Of a stretch of 64,000 nucleotides of DNA, positions 40,324 to 52,840 are shown in pieces. The stretch lies in NCBI RefSeq assembly GCF_018350175.1, contig NC_058368.1:191024001-191088000 (forward strand), written 5' to 3'. Source of the DNA: Felis catus (Eukaryota). The first letter of the stretch is position 1; each line of letters starts with the position of its first letter. The notes under the pieces were generated by a model, which had not been told where the DNA came from, did no database searches, and saw only the letters and a list, made by a program, of their open reading frames with translations. Position numbers and translations under genes: made by a program.

Positions 40324-40346
40324 TCTTACCTGGGAGAAAGAAAAGA
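40324..40346 (-). other. Juxtaposed 3'/5' splice-site motif (candidate recursive splice site)
   Basis: Minus strand tcttttctttctcc-CAG|GTAAGA with no intervening exon. Confidence 0.4.
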
Positions 40347-40889
40347 CTAGATAAAGCCTCAGAGAACACACCAGCAGTACAACATTTTTTTTTTTTAAAG
40401 GAAGAAAATAATCCTTATTTTGTATGCTCCTCAATAGTACTAATTAGTATATAAATGAGGTTCCAACCATTTCACAGAGCAGATTCCTATGTGGATTATT
40501 TCCTGGTCTGCCATCATGACTTGGTCATCCTGTTTGCCAAAATGTGCAGCCACACCCTCCCCCTTGGAGTAGCTTCTTCAAAATTCTTATCCAAGGTAAT
40601 TAATATAGAAGGTGGCCCCTCTTTGCTTTCATCACTTTCTGTCTCTGTATTTTCCACTAATAAGATGACTTTGGATACAGCATAAAATAGTCCTTTCTCA
40701 TGGAACTCATGGAAAAACTTGGCACTTGCATTTTCCCAGCACTTTCTATGACCACTGTTCCCAAATCAAAGAAAAACAGATTCTGGTGGATACAAAAAGC
40801 AAACATCAGTCACCATATCTGTTCCTACTGTCTAGATATATTTTTAAAATGAAACTGTAGGTGAATTTGATGTACAAAATTTTTAAGTT

Positions 40890-40940
40890 GTTTTAATTTT
40901 AATGTTTGTTTGTTTGTTTAGAGTATGTGAGTGAGGGAGG

Positions 40941-40995
<55 letters not shown>

Positions 40996-41134
40996 AGGGA
41001 GAGAGGGAGGGAATCCCAACTCTGTGCTGTCAGCAGAGAGCCTGACATGGAGCTCAATCTCAGGAGCTGTCACATCATAACCTGAGCCAAGTTCAAGAGC
41101 TGGGTGCTTAACCCACTGAGTCACCCAGACACCC
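40890..41134 (-). mobile_element. CAN-SINE (SINEC) with expanded (GA)n
   Basis: Reverse head ctgagtcacccagacaccc; (GA)n and T-rich tail. Confidence 0.93.
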
Positions 41135-41762
41135 TATGATGGGCAAAAACTGTTTTGATTTTGCATCTCATATTACTGAAGCTCTCAAATACATTTTTTA
41201 CCAGTTTGAAATATTAGTTTATTCTGTAATTTATAGGGGGTTCAGATAGCAACATATAGAAAAAAATCAAACACATTTTTCATGTTTGTTGGTTTTTATG
41301 AATTTCTTCTTTTTTGACCTATTTATATACTTTGCCCATTTCATCATTGGGTTATTTTAGGGAAGTATTTCTTATGATGTCATGTTAACAACTAGAAAAA
41401 AGAGTAGAGATCTCATTTGGGAGAAATCTTAAGTAGTATCTATCAGGTGTATACTCTAAGCACTAGATTTGCTAACACCATTATCTAAATTTTAAATGCA
41501 AGCTATTAATTAAATATTTAAATTTTGTTAAGAGTCTACAGCTCTGTATTTGATTTCCCACATGTAATTTTTAAAATTTGTATTTGAAAGGCTATAGAAT
41601 TGGACACTTGGGACAATGTTATAGGTTTCTGGTTATTTACAAGAACTTAGGACCCTTTGTGTTTCCTACCCTGACCATAATGGACTATGATTGATCAGTG
41701 ACACTGGTGAAGCCCTTTCTAGCTCCATGCAGAACGACAAGCTAGTAAATATCCTTCTAGTT

Positions 41763-41960
41763 CAAGTTTCCTTAACCTTGGCATTACTGACATTTTGAAC
41801 TGGGTAACTCCTTGTTGAGGGAGCAATCCTGTGTATATCATGTTTACCTGGCCTTTTTCCGCTAGATGCCCGTAGCACCTCCTCAGTTGTGATAATCACC
41901 TCCAGACATGGCCCAAATGTCCTCTGAGGGACAAAATTTTCTCCATTTCAACACTAGCGG
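41763..41960. mobile_element. MER20 hAT-Charlie element
   Basis: aaccttggcattactgacattttg...ctagatgcccgtagcacc...ctccagacatggcccaaatgtcctctgagggacaaaat. Confidence 0.85.
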
Positions 41961-41984
41961 TCTAGCTTATTCGTATAAATCTTA

Positions 41985-42194
41985 TTCATTCATTGATTCA
42001 TTCATTTTTTTATTTTTTGAGAGAGAGTGAGTGCTAGCCAGGGAGGGGCAGAGGAAGCAAGAGGGAGAGACTCTCAAGAGGCTGCACGCCCAGCATGGAG
42101 CCTGATGTGGAGCTCCCTCTCATGACTACGAGATCATGACCTGAACTGAAATCAAGAGTCAGATGCTTAACTGACGATGCCATCCAGGCACCCC
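41985..42194 (-). mobile_element. CAN-SINE (SINEC)
   Basis: gagatcatgacctgaactgaaatcaagagtcagatgcttaac...ccaggcacccc. Confidence 0.93.
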
Positions 42195-43564
42195 ATACAG
42201 AAATCTTTAATAGTTTCCAACCAAAATATCCTTCAGTTGAAAATGACTGGTTTAATGTATACATGGAATAGAATTTTTTTTATAGTCTGCAAAGTGAAAA
42301 CTCAGTCTCTGCCAAGGCCAGCCATTCTTCTGAATGCAAGAGAAACATTGAAGTCAAGCAACATGACCATGGAAGAGAGTGCCAGAGTAGAATGTTGGGT
42401 GTATATTGCTCCTAACTTTTGAAAAGTTGACTCTAGTTGACCCTTGAACAACATGGGTTTGAACATGTGTGTGGGTCCACTTATGCATAGACTTTTTTTC
42501 AATAAACATACTGGGACTTTTTTGAGATCTGTGACATTTTGAGAAAACTTACTGATGAACCACACAGCCTAGAAATTTGAAAATGTAAAAAGTAGGTCAT
42601 GAATCCACGTATGCACATACTTGTCTATTTTATCATTTGGCACCATAACATGTACACAATTCTATTTAAAAATTAAAATTTACCAAACTGTACATACTTA
42701 ACCAACTATACACGTCGCTGTTTGTTTCTGAGAGAAATGTAAGTAACAGTGAAGATGCAGTCTTATGTTGTAAATAACTGCATAAGGTTAACTAGAGTAC
42801 AAATTGCACCACTGTAATAATTTTATAACCATCTGCTGTTACTCTTGGAGGGAGCTCAACTGTCATAAGTGTCCCCTTAAAATGCCATGTGATGCTAATC
42901 ATCTTTACCTTTTTCTCTCCAGTTAATTGCCCAATGCAGTAAAAAGTGAAACTTCCCAGTTCTTGCATGGTTTTCATCGTGTTCAGTGTAGTAGCATAAA
43001 CCTTAGAAAACACTATTGGACATACAAACTGCCAATAGCGAGGCTGGAAATGCTCCAAGCAGCAGAGAAAAGTCATGACATGACACAAGAAAGTTGAATT
43101 GCTTGATATGTACTGGTAGATTGAAATCTGCAGCTGCAGTTGTTTGCCATTTCAAGATAAATGGATCCAGCCTAAGGACCATTGTAAAAAAAAAAAAAAA
43201 AAAGTAGAGTAAATTTGTGAAGCCATCACTGCTGCCATGCCAGCAGGTACAAAGACCTTATGCTTTTTGCAATATACCTTTTTATCTTGTATTGAAAAAT
43301 GCAGCTTGTTTTGTGAGTGCAGGGTTGCTATAAGAAAGGCATCCCTGTAGATTCAGAGTCAAGAAAAAGCACAGTTATTTTATGATAACTTAAAGCAGAA
43401 GGAAAATGAAGGAACTAAAGCTGGAGAATTTAATGCCAGCAAAGGATGGTTTGATAATTTTAGAAAAAAGTTGGGCTTAAAAAATTCTAGACAACAGTAG
43501 AAGCAGCTTCTGCCAACCAAGCGGCAGCAGACAAGTTCCCAGATGCCATTAACAAAACCTTTGA

Positions 43565-43767
43565 GGGGTGCCTGAGTGGCTCCAGTGGTTGAGCATCCAA
43601 CTTCAGTTCCTGTCATGATCTCATGGTTCATGGGTTTGAGCCCCACATTGGGCTCACTGCTGTTAGTACAGAGCCTGCTTCAGATCCTCTGTCCCTCTCT
43701 TTCTCTGCACCTCCCCCTCTGTCCCTCCCCTGCTCATGCTCTCTCTCAAAAATAAATAAATATTACA

Positions 43768-43839
<72 letters not shown>

Positions 43840-43840
43840 A
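43565..43840 (+). mobile_element. CAN-SINE with (GAAA)n tail, inside Tigger2
   Basis: Head ggggtgcctgagtggctc; diverged TSD aacaaaacctttga / aagaaaatcattga. Confidence 0.95.
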
Positions 43841-44306
43841 AATCATTGAAAAGAAAAGGTATCTGCCAGAACAGGTTTTTAATGGAAGCAAAAGTGTCAT
43901 ATTCTGGGGAGGGGGATGCCACAAGGATGTTTATTAGTAAGGAAGGCAAATGAGCACCAAGATTTAGGGCAAGAATAGATCGGCTAGCTTTGCTGTTTTG
44001 TGCAAATGCAGTTGAGTTTATGATCAGAACAGCCCTTATCTATAAAGTGCCAACCCCCAAGCCTTGAGAGAAAAGACAAACATCAGCTGCCATGTTTTGG
44101 TTGTACACGAAGGTCTGGACAATGGGAATCCTTTTTTCTGCATTGGTTCCATTGATGTTTTGTCCTTGGAGTTAGGAAGTACTTGTCAGTAAGGAAATGC
44201 CTTTTAAAGTTCTTTTGGTATCAGCCAATGTACCTGGCTACCCAGAACACCATGCGTTCAACAGTGAAGGTGTGGAAGTGGTCTACTTGCCCCCAAACAC
44301 AATGTC

Positions 44307-44528
44307 TTTTTTTTTTTTAACGTTTATTTATTTTTGAGACAGAGAGTGACAGAGCATGAACGGGGGAGGGTCAGAGAGAGAGGGAGACACAGAATCTGAA
44401 ACAGGCTCCGGGCTCTGAGCTGTCAGCACGGAGCCCAACACGGGGCTCGAACTCACAGACTGTGAGATCATGACCTGAGCTGAAGTCAGACGCTCATCTG
44501 ACTGAGCCACCCAGGCGCCCCCCCCCCC
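44307..44528 (-). mobile_element. Young SINEC_Fc inside the Tigger2 transposase
   Basis: Perfect 15-nt TSD aaacacaatgtcttt at 44295-44309 and 44530-44544. Confidence 0.97.
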
Positions 44529-46092
44529 AAAACACAATGTCTTTAATCCAGCCCCTAGACCAGGGGATCTTAAGGACTCTTAAGGTACTCTACGGAGAGG
44601 ATTGCCAGAAATATGGAAGAGAACCTCAAGAGAAAAGACATCATGTGAGTCTAGAAGGATGACACCATTGAAGATGCCATTGTTGTTACAGAAGCAACAA
44701 TGCAAGCCATACAGCCAAGCAATTCCTGCCAGGAAACTGTGTCCAGACGTTGTTTATATGACTTGACAGGATTTACGAGAGTCAATCAAGGAAATCACGA
44801 AATCATGAAAAAGTGTGGGTATGGAAAAATGGGGGGAGTGAATGGTTTCAAGATATGGCCCTAGGATAAATTCAAGAGCTAGCAGATAGTACACCAGAGG
44901 ATGACTACTTCTGAGCCAGTGCCAGACAAGGAGAACAAAGGCTTAGAAGAGCCAGTGTCAGAAAACAGAATGACATTAGACTCTCCAACGCAAGGGTTTT
45001 GATTATTCAGGACATCTTTTGACTTATTTCACAACATGAACCAATCTAGAGTAAGGGCACTGAAACTAAAGCCACTAATAGAAGAACGATTGGTACAGAT
45101 AGCAACTTTTTTAGAGAAATGAAAAAGCAGAGAAGTCAGACAGAAATTATACTATATTTACATAAAGTTACACCTAGCATGCCTGCCCCTCTGCCTTCCT
45201 TTCCACCCCCTTCACCTCTTCTGCCTCTGCCACCCCTGGAACAAGAAGACAACCCTTTCATCTCTCTCTGCCCACTCAACATAAAGACAATGAGGACGAA
45301 GACCTTCATGGTGTTCCACTTCCACTTTATGAACAGGAAATGATCATCACGCTGTACAGTTAATAAACTTACATGGTGTAAGTTGTGTGTTCACATGAAA
45401 ATCTAATAACTGAACGGCAAGAACTGTAGGAGATATATCGGCATCATCACCACCACCTACATATTCATCACATAAAACATCTTATGCAAGACTTGTATGA
45501 ACGTAAACAGCCTGTCATATACCACAAGTATAAGGTGAGTGATATTTAACATAAAATTAACAATGTGTTCATTTTATTACTGTTTTATAATGGTGCTTTC
45601 AAAGAATTATATTACCATACAGTATGCCTTTTTTTCTTTCATAATTGGAGAAACTGCACATCAGCTTATCATCACAGGTAAGTGGTTTTTTAAAAAAAAA
45701 GTAACAATGCTTCCAGGGCTGTATTATGAATATGACTGTAATACTGTATGCCATAAAATTTTTATAACGATTCATTCACTAGTGTATAGATTAGGCTACT
45801 GTGAAAGAATCATACAATTATACTAGACTACCATAAAGTTATCATATGGATGCTTCTTCATCATCAATGCATGAATTATTAGACTTGTAAATAAATATGA
45901 GTTTATTTTTCACATTATCTATTCATTTTTGATGTCTCGTGTTAGCAAGATGAGTAACATCTACGGTGTTTTGTGGCATATAAAATTGATATAGCTAGGT
46001 TCGGACAGAGGATTCATCTTATGAATAAGAGACATAAACTTATGGTATCAATAAATATAGTACTATATGTTTTTCTTCCATATATATATATG

Positions 46093-46530
46093 GGTTTTTT
46101 AGCGAGAGAGACAGAGAGAGAGAGAGAGAGAGGAAGAGATTGGGGGCGAGAGGGGGAGAGGGACAGAAGGGAAGAAGGAGAGAGAGTGAGGATCCCAAGC
46201 AGGTTCCATGCTCAATGCAGAGTCTGATTCAGGCTCCTTCTGACAACCCTGGGGTCATTACCTGATCCCAAAAATCAAGTTGGATGCTCAGCCAACTAAG
46301 CCACCCAGGCGACCCCTTATGGACTTAAAAAAAAAAATTAATCTTTATTTTGAGAGACAGAGAGAGACTGAGTGCAAGTGGGGGAGGGGCAGAGAGAGAG
46401 AGGGAGACAGAATGCAAAGCAGACTCCAGGCTCTGAGCTGCCAGCACAGAGCCCCATGCAAGGCTCGAACTCATAAGCCATGAGATTATGCATGACCTGA
46501 GCCGAAGTTGGAAGCTTAACCAGGCGCCCC
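46093..46530 (-). mobile_element. Two tandem CAN-SINEs inside the Tigger2 3' region
   Basis: Reverse heads end at 46316 (ccaggcgacccc) and 46530 (caggcgcccc). Confidence 0.92.
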
Positions 46531-46899
46531 AGTGAAATTCTTAATTTTCTTTTCTTTAGCTTACTTTATTGTAAGAATAGAGTACCTAATACATATAACA
46601 TACAAAATTTGTACTAATCAATTGTTTTTGTTTTCAGTAAGGGTTTCTGTTAATAATAGGCTATTAGTAGTTACGTTTGGGGGAGTTAAAGGATATATAC
46701 ACATTTTTGACTGCATATGGGTGTCAGCCCCTAACCTCTGTGCTGTTCAAGAATCAACTGTTCATTACACGGTGTGCTGTGTGGCTCTACTTCCATGAAA
46801 AACGTAAATAAAAAAAAGCAACCCACCATCTCCACGAGGATAGATTTGTAAAGTATTTGTGAAACTGCTGCAAAATGACTATATCAAGAATCACCTCAT

Positions 46900-47670
46900 A
46901 AAATGATAGTGATGTGAGTTCCACGTCCCAGAAGGCCCCTTCTTACATATTTCTCACTTCCAACCCATCACCGAGTCTTCCTGATTTTGCCAGAAGAAAA
47001 CACATTTTGAGTTGTTTCTGTTTGCATGTCTGTCACCGCCCTCCTAGATCAGGCTCTCACCATCTCTGTGATAGTGAAAGTCTCCCAAGTGGTTTTCTTG
47101 CATCCACCCGGTCCTGCTGCAGCGGACACAGGCAAGAGCAGCCAGAAGAACCTCCGGGAAACATTCTGTCATGTTCGCCCTGCATCTAAAACTCTTCAGT
47201 AATAGCCCAGGGCTTTAGCACCAAGACTCTCACCACAACTCACCCAAGCATGTTACTTCTTGTCACCTCTTCCCTTGCTCCCTATACTTCAGTCACCATG
47301 TCCTTCTTTCGGCCTCTCCTCCACCTTAATTCCCTGGACATACTCCCTCCCCTCTGCCAGAATGCTCTTGCTCCCCTCTTCACATGACTGGCTCCTTCTC
47401 GCCTTCAGCATCACCTTCCCTGATGTTCCAATTAGATGCTTCCATCCCGCCCCCTGCTTTTCTCCCTCTCTCTACCCTCCTGTTCTTTTCCTCAATAACA
47501 CACATCTCAGTCCAATGCTTCATTTACCATGTATATAATTGTATGCTTAAGATTTCCAGATCTGGGTACAGTTCCATGTGTCAGGGACAACGCGTGCCTT
47601 ATTTGTGGGGACAACACAGCGCCTCACCCACAGCACAAGATACAAGTGACTGGAGATATGAATGATCCAC
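46900..47670 (+). mobile_element. L2 fragment
   Basis: Pyrimidine-rich L2 3' text: ccctctgccagaatgctcttg and cagcacaagatacaagtgactggagatatgaatga. Confidence 0.7.
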
Positions 47671-47914
47671 TAATTCTCAATAACCCTTACATCTCTTCAG
47701 CATAATAGCAAATGCCAGCTTGCCCACAAAGGTGAGCGTCCCTCACGGAGATTAAAACAACCCAATTATCCCAGAGAAAAGAAAAAACACAGCCTGCTAC
47801 TTCTCAAAGCAGAGGCAGGGAAATAAATGAGCTTGATTGCAAAACCACTCAGGGTCTCCTCACCTCTTCAAAGGGTAAAACTGATCCATCATTTGTCACC
47901 CTCCTTCTACTCAC

Positions 47915-48045
47915 CGAAGTTTTATTAGGCTGTGGTCAATACTCTGCAGCGAATCCTGCAAAGGCTAATAGGCCAGCTCAGAGAGCCCACAACCCGCTTT
48001 GCATTTTCATGTCCTTCATTACAACAAGTGGGCTATTTTTATACC
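47915..48045 (-). promoter_or_regulatory. Candidate distal TATA/MEF2-like promoter with ~95-nt first exon
   Basis: Minus strand GTATAAAAATAGCC (TATAAAA at 48043-48037); consensus donor TCG|GTGAGT at 47915/47914. Confidence 0.4.
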
Positions 48046-49259
48046 TGTTAGCTGCTAACAATCGGCAAAACCTCAGGCTCAGAATAAAATATGACAAGGG
48101 CCAAGAGAGGTAACAATAACACTGCTTGTACTGCAGCCAGTTTGCCATTAATAATAACAGGGAGAGAAAGTGAGGAAGAGACAGGGGAGGAAAGAAGCCT
48201 CTTTGGAACCCAGCAGAGACAATGTCCTGGGGTGGATGACATATGCCCAGGGCTGTGACCCATCTCACTCTCCGTTTCCATATCCTCTGAATCGAAATCC
48301 TTTAAGGTATTAAATCTTAGAAAAATGTCATAGCGTGACAGGACCTTACATAGGATAAGGCCAAATGACCGTGAGGTGTTAATTTCTTACAAACAGCATA
48401 ACCCACCATTTTGTAACTTTTCAGAGTTCTTTCACAACCATGTATTTGTACATGGAAGGAAAGGGGTATCCACAAGGATAATCAATGCTTCGTGCATTAT
48501 TAACAAAAATCTGAAAACACCTGTTTATTGCTAGAGGAATGTCATGTAAATTTTGGCACATCCATGCCTTAGAATGTTATTACATCACTACTGTTGATGC
48601 ACGAAATTGTGAGCTGACATTGCATACATTTTATCATACATATCTATTGCCCATTTAGAAGTGGACTCATTTCTCATTCCCATTGCTAAAGTGTAAGCCC
48701 ACTGGGGCAAGAGCCCTCATTCCTTGAACAGTATGAGGTTCACTAAAAATGTTTGTAGAAACTATGATGAGTTAATATATACTCTGACACCATTAAAAGA
48801 GGACAGTGAGTTCCTATAAACTTTTACCGAGGGTTTAAAACTGCTCTTAGTTGTTTTAAAAAAATACTGGGGAAATGTGGTACACATGACAATCTGGGAA
48901 AGGTACCTGAGCAGCATTCAAAGGCATACCAGGAAGAGGGAGAAACTGATACAGGGTGTCAAGCTACCACATCCTTTTCAAGGTGAACATATTTACCCTG
49001 ATGAGAAATTAAAAACTTTGGTTGCAGGTTTGAAATCAAAGACTTTTATAAAAACAAACGAATATTGCCATCTTTTGTCATTTTGACCTGCCTGTAAGTG
49101 ACCTGTTTGGTATCTAATAACCACATGGAAGTGCCTTTTAGAAAAAGATTCCAAAAGGTGTTAAGCCTCCCTAGAGACCAGAAAGATTCTGTGTCAACTG
49201 CCACGCGCCTAGGGGTCTGTGTCCGGTACTGAGCCAGCTGGGACGTAGAAGATGATGGA

Positions 49260-49490
49260 ATGAAATGGTTCTGAGATAGGTTTGACATTCTGGTGGAGCT
49301 GGGTGGTAACCACTTCCTAGCTACAGGACCTCAGGCAAGTCACATCCTTCTGAGGCTCAGTGTCACCACCTTAAAGAATGGGAATAGCACCTCCAACGGA
49401 CACATGATGATTTTAAGAATTATAACGTATGTAAGGAATTTAGGACAGCACCTGGCACACCAAGTGTTGAATAAATCATAGTTATGCAGT
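49260..49490. mobile_element. MIR
   Basis: ggcaagtcacatccttctgaggctcagtgtcaccaccttaaagaatggg...cacctggcacac. Confidence 0.85.
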
Positions 49491-49816
49491 TTTATTGGAG
49501 GTTCAGACAAGTTTTACTTTCGGAGAGCCCACTGAGTGCTGCTACATTTTCGAGCCACTGACTGAACCAATATGGCACCTCAACAGTGACATCTATTCAC
49601 AAAGAAGGGGCAACATGAGCGGAGTTAGGGATGGCTCATTCAAACTTATTTTCATTCCTTAAAAGTAATTCCAAGCATGCCAGTTGGGACAGAATGTTTG
49701 GTCACTCCCCATCCTTACTGCCTTTCCATCCCGGAACTTGGTGCATACATACTGAAACTAGCACAACAAGGTGGAGTCTTTGGTAACGCTACCCAATAAA
49801 GAAGGGGAGACACTCT

Positions 49817-50045
49817 AGGCACCTGGGTGGCTCAGTCGGTTGAGTATCTGACTTTGGCTCAGATCACGATCTCGCTTGTTTGTGGGTTCAAGCCCCACGT
49901 CGGGCTCTGTGCTGACAGCTCGGAGCCTGGAGCCTGCTTCAAATTCTGTGTCTCTCTCTGTCTCTGCTCCTCCCCCTGCTCATGCTCACTCTCTCTCTCT
50001 CAAAAATAAATAAACATTTAAAAACTTAAATAAGAATGAAAATAA
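49817..50045 (+). mobile_element. SINEC_Fc-type CAN-SINE
   Basis: 19-nt TSD aaagaaggggagacactct / aaagaagaggagacactct at 49798 and 50046. Confidence 0.96.
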
Positions 50046-50899
50046 AAAGAAGAGGAGACACTCTTGAAAGCATCATGATGTGTAAGAGACACGCCAGCAC
50101 CAGGAGACACAGGCATTGGGAAGACCTCATCTCACTCACCTTGGTCCCCTCCTCACTTGCTTTAGGTGTGCCACTTCCAGTGTCTGAAGCATGTATCTCC
50201 AACATATGGGTATTTATTTATAAATTATACACACGTACCCTGTCCTCATACAGTATGTACACTATCAATTTGAAAAAGAGACATGTAAAGGGACGAGAAA
50301 AGTCACGTTGTTTTAGACCATCCTCTGTGCATTCTTGGCACCCTCAGGATGGAAAGCTTCCCTCCTTCCCCATCCTTGCCAAAGGAGGGGGTCAGAGCTG
50401 GGGGAGCAAAGGGTTAAGACAAGGTGTCAACTCTGCCTTCACATACGTTTTACTTGGCTTGAGTTATTTTTTGCTTTAGTTGTCAGCATTTTACAATCAG
50501 GACGTTTCTTTTACCTAAAGAAATAGCAAGTCCAAAACACTGGGCTCCTGAGTCCACTGACACTTTTGTTGGACCTGAGTAGCAGTCATACAACATCCTT
50601 TAGTATAGTTCTTGCCAAACTGATTTCTCCCATTTGCAAAACTTGCTCTAATTCTATAGGCATTTGAGCTTGCAATGCTATATAGACTGTGGAGCCTCGG
50701 GGCCATAGGAAAAGAAGAGGAACATGTCTAACATGGGGGAAACTTCTTGACTGGCCAAGTCTCCATGTCTGTCGAAGGAAGAGCATGGTGGAACTGAATA
50801 GTGCAGAAACCAGGCTGGGTTTTTAGCTGCTGTGATCTGTGCTCATTTTGCTCTGGCAATGGAATCCAGAAGAGAGGACTATCTAAAAATTCGTTTCCT

Positions 50900-51123
50900 G
50901 TTGTTAAATGTTTGTTTATTTATTCTGAGAGAGACAGATCAAGAGTAGGCACCCACAAGCAGGGGAGGGGCACAGAGAAAGGGAGAGAGAGAATCCCAAG
51001 CAGGCTTCCCACTGTCAGCGAGCCTGAGGCAGGGGCTCGATCTCACAAATGGACCATGAGATCATGACCTGAGCTAAAATCAAGAATCAGACGCTTCAAC
51101 AACTGATCCGCCCATGTGGCCCT
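50900..51123 (-). mobile_element. CAN-SINE (SINEC)
   Basis: gagatcatgacctgagctaaaatcaagaatcagacgct; T-rich tail on the left. Confidence 0.92.
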
Positions 51124-52634
51124 GAATATTCTTCTTGATCTATGTGTTTCGCTTGTCCAACTAAGACCAGGACTGGTTTGTACTGACAGCATCAGCCAGG
51201 GCTCTGTAGTCACAGCAGAGTCTGAGGCAAAGGAAAATGGTGCATTCCTATAAGCACTTACCAATATAACCTCTTATATTTTGAACGAAGTGTAAAAAGT
51301 TACTGAAACTCTGCTAATAAAGAACATGACTGCATTAAAGAGTCCCATGTGGCTTCATCTGTTCACAACCATTTGAGAGAAAGAGAAAACGTTTGGGGGA
51401 TATTAACAATTCTTAAAAATATGGCATTAAAATAGGATTTATCTGAACTTTAGGCATCCCCTGAAACTCTGTGTCTGAAACAAGAGCCTGATCCCCTCCC
51501 CATGGTCCTAGCCTGGTCCAGGTAATAGGTCTCTCTCTTCTGCTAGGGACCCACTGTAGAAGTTAGGTTTTTAACTCACTCAGAGCAGGCCCCCAGCAGC
51601 ATCCCCACACCCAGGCCAGTGTCACACCCTGGGGATGCCAAGGGGGCTCCAACATGACCTGATTGACCCACGTTGTACATAGCCTTGAAATTATGTTTAA
51701 TCCTCACTGAGGACAGAACTGGGTCTCCTATTTCTCTACAATACCAAGGAGAACATGACAACCTTACAAATGCAGTAGCAGCAGCACTCGGGCTGCTAAT
51801 TTTAGCTACAGGGACTTTTTAAAAAATGTTTTTATCAATTTTTCTCACTCTGCTGGGATCCTATGATAACCCCCAAGTGACTCACCTCCACTGGCCAGCA
51901 CTGAGTCCTTTCCCACTTTAAAAAATTCCAAAGCCAAAATTCAAAGTGTCTTGCATGGCAAATAACCAAGACAACTCTTTTCCCAGTTGTAGAAAGGGTG
52001 CTAAAAATTCTTTTCTTCTAGACGATTAGACCCTTTGAAAGGTCAGAGGAGAAATAAATTTAGCTCAGGCAATAAAATGGAAATATCCCATCACAGAGTT
52101 ACACAAGCACCCGATTAATAAGTTATGTTGGAGAAGACTGCCCTATTGATCCAAAATGCGAAAAGTCACAGGCATCTGAGAGCTGACAATGTGCTGGGAG
52201 GGGGATTCCCATGTTGTCAAAAGCTCTCTCTCACACTAATCTTGGCAGTGCTCCCTACTGACTTGCAAGAAAAATGAGTTCAAATCAGCCTGCTGGTGTT
52301 TTTGTTCTTTCTTCTATATGTGAGGAAAGACATACTATAAATATATATAACAAGCACAGCAATTATTTTGCATTTGCTTCTTGCAAGTTAAGGGAATGCT
52401 AAGGAAAGAAGGGGACCCTAGGACTTGTCAACCTGAATAAAGACATGCGGGTAAAAAGAAGTAAATGATCCTACGTCCTGCTGTCCTCCCTAGCTTTCCC
52501 TCACTCTGACATCCTCCTCACTGACCCCACTTTTCTGATTCTTCTAAGCAGAGAAGCTAGAAGAGCTCATTCTAAGAAAGGTCTAAGGAAGGAAAAAGTC
52601 AAATTCCTCTAGGGCTATCTTTCACCCTCTAAAA

Positions 52635-52840
52635 CGGGGTCAGAAAACATTTTTCTCTAAAGGGCCCCAAACTGAGCATTTCTGGCTTTGTAGGCCATAT
52701 CATCTCTTTGCAACTATTAACATCACCATTATAGCGCTCTAAAGTGGCAAGAGACAATAAGTAAATGGATGTGGCTGTATTCAAAGCAAAAACAGCTTTA
52801 TTACAAAAATAGGCCCTGGGTCATAGTTTGCCTTCCCCTG
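52635..52840. mobile_element. MER58A hAT MITE
   Basis: TIRs cggggtcagaaaac / gtttgccttcccctg; 8-bp hAT-type TSD ctctaaaa / atctaaaa. Confidence 0.88.

Larger units (their letters stand above)
42434..46760 (+). mobile_element. Near-complete Tigger2-family (TcMar-pogo) DNA transposon, decayed, with four SINE insertions
   Basis: TIRs tagttgacccttgaacaaca and tgctgttcaagaatcaactg (16/20 match); transposase remnants about 43050-45170 (QRKVMT..KVELLDMY, EQVFN, YLPPNT..LIQPLDQG); about 3.4 kb after removing SINEs. Confidence 0.93.
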
